Shown here: positions 59,293 to 64,000 of the stretch, piece by piece
How the letters are laid out: every line of letters begins with the position of its first letter
Position numbering within the stretch: the stretch's first letter is position 1
Virus record (IMG/VR): IMGVR_UViG_3300029922_000039
From: a virus
Length of the DNA stretch: 64,000 nt
Strand: one strand, 5' to 3'
Position numbers and translations under genes: made by a program
Notes under the pieces: model-generated
Databases searched by the model: none
The model's input: the letters and a program-made list of their open reading frames with translations, nothing else
Told to the model about the DNA's origin: nothing

Positions 59293-62200
59293 TCAAACCT
59301 CCAACTCTTTGATCTTGTATGAGTCGCCGGCGTTTATCGTCTTCCATTCGATACGCGGCTTCTCCCACATCTGAAACTGAGTGCCATCGGAATCATTCAA
59401 GGTGTTCAGGATGATCCTCCACGTTCTGCAAGTAAACGCGGTGGTCCCATTATTCACGTTTCCAAACCTTACGCGCATCACGTATCTCTGTGTCTGCGCA
59501 GGAAGAGCGAACGTGAAGTACGGAATAGGACTATTGTCTGCGTACAGACTGCCCGTTATTGGGTAGGTTGATGTGTAATCGAACCACCCCTGCTTGACGA
59601 ACTTGTCAGTATCCGTACCAAATTTAATAAAATACGAATCGATACTCGCGCTATACTCCGCAAGGAGTGCAGCGTAGATGTCGTCCTGATATAAGATCGG
59701 GGCGGTCGTGACGGATATGGAGTGCTGAATGGACGCGCGATACGCCTGTTCTCCCATGCCGTTATTGACGAACAGTTCAACCTTCTGGCGTGTCGTGTTG
59801 TTGACCACACTCAGCGGCAGGGATATTGTTCCGTCCTCAAATAACAGGGTCGAGGACATATTCTGTCCCTTCGTATTCACATCAACCTCGAACTCATTCC
59901 ACTGCTTTGGGAGGTGCGGTTTGCCGAGGTCGTGATACGGCGTCTGGATGGTCACGGTGATCGGCGTCTGCACGAGCGCGCCGGATACCCATCCACCATC
60001 GTCGTAGTCTCCCACTTGGTCCTGCACGATAGCGTACTGACCGACGCCCATCTGCTTGCCAACGAGGAGGGTGTTGATGTCCTTCTCCCAGAGCATCGCG
60101 GTGGCCGGCACATCATCGTACCGGAACCTACCGTACCGAGAATCCCAGACCATGCGGTAACGCTGGCCGCTGAGGGAGATGTACGAGTCAATGATCTGGT
60201 TGTTGTAGTAGCACATCACGTCCTGCGAAGCCTGGGAGATGTCGGCCTGCGGAACGATGCAGAGCGGATTATTCTGGAATACCCACTCGACCATCAAGGT
60301 CTTGTAAACGCCATCGGCTCCAGTGAACTCGCGCCATCCGTCAGTCGAGCGGTAGGACACCGCTCCCTCGACCACGCACCAGCCGCCCTGCGCAATGATG
60401 CCGTGGACCGATCCGGTAGGCTGCGCGTAGGGCTGGGCGCCGCCCACAATGATGAACCACGACTTCAGCGTGCCGACAATCAGCGTGCCGCGCCAGTTGA
60501 TGACCGCATTGATCGGATCGTCCGGCGTCGAGACGGGAATGTAATTCTGGGGGCCAAAACTCTCCGGCTGGCCCTTCTTAGAGAAGTAGAGGTAGTGCGG
60601 GTTGTTCTTGTCGCCAGCCAGCCATGTCTGGTTATAGGCCAGAGCGCACAGATTACACGCCTGCCGCGGCACGGCATACACATTCACAGGTTCGCCTTGA
60701 TTGTGTTGCAGGCGAAGAATGGCCGTGAATGTCCCGACCCCTCCAGTGACGACATAGATCTCTTCTAGGTTCGAAGCGTTACCAACAATGACAACTTGGT
60801 TCGGCACGAACACAGCACTAGCCTGGACCACAGTCACAGTCTGAGGGTAAAACGTACTGTAGATGGAATTCAGGCCTACGGCCGTAGTCCCCGCCAGTAG
60901 CGCTGTTTGAATCGGGTTCACCAGTGAGGACGTAACAGGCGGGTCATTGTCCAAGATAAGCGGCTGCGCTTGCTCTACATACGAATCAGCAATCACGTCT
61001 TTCAGTATGAACTGACCGCCACCTGTCAGGTTCGGAGACTGGATAACCTGCACCCAGTTTGAAGATAGAATTCCACCACGCCGATAGATGCGGAGGTGTG
61101 TAACTTGTGGATCATTCGAGTATTGCCCCACAATCTGAGCGGCCTGCCTAAGATAGATCGGAGCTTTTGTAGATGAGAGGTACCCGTAATCTTCATTGAA
61201 CGCCTGAATTGATGTGGGATTGGATTCAGTCCCAGTATTCGCGTTGTAGTAGGTCTGACGGTAGTCGTAGCCCACTCCGGCGAACGACGAAGGTCCGTAC
61301 CCCCATTGAAGGTAGAGCCCATTTACTTGGAATGTCACCGTCCCGAGCGAGTTGGTCGTCACAGCTAACTGCCACCCGGTAACGTTCGACCAGTCGAGAC
61401 CAGGCTCCCCGGCCTGCCCCACTGGGAGAAAATTCCCCCTCGGTATATAGCATGACCGCCATGATCCAGATCCAGTCGAAAGCACTGTCGGCTGCAATTG
61501 GGCCGACGTCGTTCCTGGGGGTTGGCCAGTAATTAGGCCCAGCGTATCGGCTAAAATCTGGTTCTCAGTCGCCTGGTATGCTGACACGTTGCCACTCACC
61601 GCGCCTTGGTAATAGGCTGGAGATATAGGGGCTTGGTAGTAATTGTTCGTTCCAGAACCGACGAAGAACTGCAATTCTATCTGTGAGATGTTTGCTGGGG
61701 TGGACACAAGAAGTGTTATTACAATGAGGTCGGCGTCTGTCACCTGATTGCTTTGGTTTAGATCCATCGACACGGTTTTGGAAACTGTCCCCGTAGTACT
61801 TGCCGCGACGGTTCCCCCGCGATATGAAACAGGTAAAGAAGTCGTTGTCGGAGGGACATACTGATAGAACCCATATGCTGAAACTTGCTGCGGGTACGGA
61901 AGATTATACTGATCGCTAAGAACGCAAGCCGATGGAGCCGCCGCTCCTCCATATACAAATCCTCCCGTAGCTCCAATTTGATCCACTGACAAAAACGCCA
62001 CAGTGAACGTAGTGGATGTAGGAGTTGCTATGACCGCATAGAATCCATCTATAAGGTCATTCGATGAGGAATATATCGAAATCATACTTCCGGAAGACAA
62101 TCCATGCGCTGACTGAGTTGTCACCAGAAGTTGCGTATACCTACCACCTGAAAGGCTGGACGATACGGAGCTTACTATCGGGATGCTGATGCTTGTGTTT

Positions 62201-63357
62201 GAGTTCAGAATTGCAATCATTCCATTCTGAACTGCGCTAAAAAACGGAGGAGCTACAGTTAGGAATATATTTGTTATGTTTCCTGTTGTGGTAGACGAAC
62301 TGCCCGAGGAAACTACGTAAGATGTGCAAACTATCCTGGTCTGTATGGTATTGATGTTAGCTACAGAAACTACCACGAAGGCGTTCTGCGGAGGTATAAC
62401 GGCGCTCGAATAAGAGTCAAATTCATATAGATAGTTCCATGTGACTCCAGAGTCTATGCTGTACTGAAAATCTATTTCTCCGTTTGCCGATCCTCCGGTA
62501 ATCGATATCGATCCATTTATGGCAACGTTGAGCGTTACCACATCTCCCGGGGGCGGTACAATTGACGGGAATCCAGAATTCGCAGGAGATGTGACTACCT
62601 TTGTACCCTTCACCCCCTGTGACGATGTTGCCGTATTCGTGGTAGTCGATGGATTGTAAGTGGATCCGCTAGCCGCCGAGGGATAGAACTGGCTGAAATC
62701 AGTGACCATGTTTCCAGCAACTACAGTCAAAGTCTCATACGAGCTCCACGCCCACCCAGTAACATTCGCTGTAGTGTAGGTGTTCGACGACGCGAAACTA
62801 TCGATCATGATAAGTAGAGGGGCATATGGCGTAACGTTGAGAGTGTACGGCGACGGGTCAATGCCTGTAAGTTGGGGAGATCCTGTTCCCTGGTCCTTAA
62901 TGCTGGCGTTCTGATCGTACATGAACAGAAATGGCTGGCTCGTCTCAAAACAGCTATTGACTAAGGATCCAAACGGTTGCCCGGAAAGAGTCACAGGCGT
63001 TCCGTACCATGTGTTCGGAAGGGTCAACTCAGTGTACGCGCCCTGCGCATTCCCGGCCCGGCGCCACAAAGATCCGTCGCCGAGGCCAGCATACCGCCAT
63101 GCGTTGCTCTGGTAGTTCATGCGGGACAGAGACGTGACTGGGGACGAAAAGTAGTGGTTAGATGTGCCAACACCTATGGCATCGCGATTCACTACCTGCG
63201 TTCCATACCTGCTGCTGGTGCTATTTTCTTCTCGTTCATAGACATTGAGATAGTCAATATAGGTATATTCTGGGCACTGATCGTACACGTTTCTTGCAAC
63301 CAGGCCGCGCGACTTGTATACCAGCGATACGGGTTTGTAGTCGGTGTCTTGTGACAT
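59293..63357 (-). CDS. large tail / host-recognition-type structural protein (1354 aa)
   Basis: Long ORF next to a tail-fibre-like gene. The Ser/Thr/Gly/Asn-rich central part is AT-richer. No specific family recognised. Confidence 0.55.
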   Translation of the reverse strand: MSQDTDYKPVSLVYKSRGLVARNVYDQCPEYTYIDYLNVYEREENSTSSRYGTQVVNRDAIGVGTSNHYFSSPVTSLSRMNYQSNAWRYAGLGDGSLWRRAGNAQGAYTELTLPNTWYGTPVTLSGQPFGSLVNSCFETSQPFLFMYDQNASIKDQGTGSPQLTGIDPSPYTLNVTPYAPLLIMIDSFASSNTYTTANVTGWAWSSYETLTVVAGNMVTDFSQFYPSAASGSTYNPSTTTNTATSSQGVKGTKVVTSPANSGFPSIVPPPGDVVTLNVAINGSISITGGSANGEIDFQYSIDSGVTWNYLYEFDSYSSAVIPPQNAFVVVSVANINTIQTRIVCTSYVVSSGSSSTTTGNITNIFLTVAPPFFSAVQNGMIAILNSNTSISIPIVSSVSSSLSGGRYTQLLVTTQSAHGLSSGSMISIYSSSNDLIDGFYAVIATPTSTTFTVAFLSVDQIGATGGFVYGGAAAPSACVLSDQYNLPYPQQVSAYGFYQYVPPTTTSLPVSYRGGTVAASTTGTVSKTVSMDLNQSNQVTDADLIVITLLVSTPANISQIELQFFVGSGTNNYYQAPISPAYYQGAVSGNVSAYQATENQILADTLGLITGQPPGTTSAQLQPTVLSTGSGSWRSCYIPRGNFLPVGQAGEPGLDWSNVTGWQLAVTTNSLGTVTFQVNGLYLQWGYGPSSFAGVGYDYRQTYYNANTGTESNPTSIQAFNEDYGYLSSTKAPIYLRQAAQIVGQYSNDPQVTHLRIYRRGGILSSNWVQVIQSPNLTGGGQFILKDVIADSYVEQAQPLILDNDPPVTSSLVNPIQTALLAGTTAVGLNSIYSTFYPQTVTVVQASAVFVPNQVVIVGNASNLEEIYVVTGGVGTFTAILRLQHNQGEPVNVYAVPRQACNLCALAYNQTWLAGDKNNPHYLYFSKKGQPESFGPQNYIPVSTPDDPINAVINWRGTLIVGTLKSWFIIVGGAQPYAQPTGSVHGIIAQGGWCVVEGAVSYRSTDGWREFTGADGVYKTLMVEWVFQNNPLCIVPQADISQASQDVMCYYNNQIIDSYISLSGQRYRMVWDSRYGRFRYDDVPATAMLWEKDINTLLVGKQMGVGQYAIVQDQVGDYDDGGWVSGALVQTPITVTIQTPYHDLGKPHLPKQWNEFEVDVNTKGQNMSSTLLFEDGTISLPLSVVNNTTRQKVELFVNNGMGEQAYRASIQHSISVTTAPILYQDDIYAALLAEYSASIDSYFIKFGTDTDKFVKQGWFDYTSTYPITGSLYADNSPIPYFTFALPAQTQRYVMRVRFGNVNNGTTAFTCRTWRIILNTLNDSDGTQFQMWEKPRIEWKTINAGDSYKIKELEV

Positions 63358-63396
63358 TGCACCCTGCCAGAGTCAGAATATGAGACCTTGCCTTCC

Positions 63397-63412
63397 ATTC
63401 TACACAAGCGTT
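63397..63412 (-). promoter_or_regulatory. TAGAAT -10-like box adjacent to AACGCTTGTG (one-mismatch operator-like motif)
   Basis: Read on the minus strand and followed by GGAAGGCAAGG. No good -35. Confidence 0.3.
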
Positions 63413-63924
63413 TAGGTCGGAGCGACGTACGCCGTAATCAATCCCCCGACGAAGGTAAGCGATCCGTTCGCGCCGCCTCCGGTGAGTTTGATCAAAGTCA
63501 CTGTTCCGCTTACCCCGGTCGCCAGTGTTGCCTGAATTGCTGCCAAGGCCCCGCTTAGAGAGTTCTGGTTTAACTGAAGCGAAGATAGACCTTTGAGGGC
63601 ATGAGACCCGCCCAGGTCTAAGTCGGGTCCGATTGCGGACGCTCCGTACTGAGACTGTGCATGACCAGCCGAAATGGCGTCAGTCGGTCCTGTAGGTGAT
63701 GCCAGCCCGGTCACGGTAGATCCGGCAACGTTCACGCCTGACGGGAGAACCGTGGCCCCACCTGCGCCCTGTAGGGCCTGCACTGCGCCGATGAGTTGGT
63801 TCATTGTCACATTGAATCGGTTGGTGTTCGTCGAGAAGTCCTCAGATGTGAACTGGACGCGCTGAATTGGTATCGGCGTGGCTGCGGGAGTGACGGAAGC
63901 GGCATTGGGGCGGGAGGTGGACAT
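63412..63924 (-). CDS. tail-fibre-like protein
   Basis: VTGLASPTGPTDAISAGHAQSQY resembles the ...PT..TDA..K.Y motif of phage fibre proteins. Gly/Ala/Ser/Thr-rich. Confidence 0.5.
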   Translation of the reverse strand: MSTSRPNAASVTPAATPIPIQRVQFTSEDFSTNTNRFNVTMNQLIGAVQALQGAGGATVLPSGVNVAGSTVTGLASPTGPTDAISAGHAQSQYGASAIGPDLDLGGSHALKGLSSLQLNQNSLSGALAAIQATLATGVSGTVTLIKLTGGGANGSLTFVGGLITAYVAPT

Positions 63925-64000
63925 TTACTTGCTCCCCATCTTCATCGCTTGGATGTACCGCTGAGTCGCCATGACAACTTGAGCATAGCGCTTGAGGCAG
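63925..64000 (-). CDS. C-terminal fragment of an upstream gene (runs off the window)
   Basis: Open frame ending ...QRYIQAMKMGSK, with its TAA directly before the next ATG. Confidence 0.3.
   Translation of the reverse strand, partial: CLKRYAQVVMATQRYIQAMKMGSK

Overview
The window reads as phage or prophage DNA from a fairly GC-rich, Shine-Dalgarno-using bacterium. I recognised no host housekeeping genes, rRNA, tRNA or CRISPR array. All family names come from motifs read by eye, not from searches.

Layout:
- 1-5.1 kb (minus): small accessory genes, including a HAD phosphatase, an XRE HTH protein and an RHH protein.
- 5.5-16.3 kb (plus): early-type small genes driven by strong sigma70-like promoters. 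They include a T5orf172/GIY-YIG-like protein, a 678-aa NPPF DNA methyltransferase, an acidic Gly/Tyr/Asp repeat protein and an ASCH protein. One antisense winged-helix regulator lies on the minus strand.
- 16.3-22.8 kb (minus): membrane or lysis-like genes, a beta-helix tail-fibre-like gene, an HNH endonuclease and an HTH protein.
- 23.0-23.7 kb (plus): a lone DUF559 endonuclease.
- 23.7-43.2 kb (minus): a long translationally coupled array. It carries a RlaP-like nucleotidyltransferase, a tyrosine integrase, a second ASCH gene, an acyl carrier protein, DnaB with a LAGLIDADG intein, KTSC and Csp proteins, a VRR-NUC nuclease, a PD-(D/E)xK exonuclease, a Lar-like protein, RecT/Bet and MazG.
- 43.3-44.4 kb (plus): a regulator pair behind a divergent promoter region.
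- 44.5-64 kb (minus): a virion block with a 3239-aa multi-domain protein, a GNAT-like protein and a 1354-aa tail protein.

Most notable structure beyond the genes:
- A 26-nt element plus a shared hairpin that bracket gene cassettes.
- A recurring GTCTC-N4-GAGACTGG hairpin.
- An ACGCTTGCA operator-like motif at promoters.
- Inverted ASCH paralogs flanking an 18-kb segment that contains the integrase.
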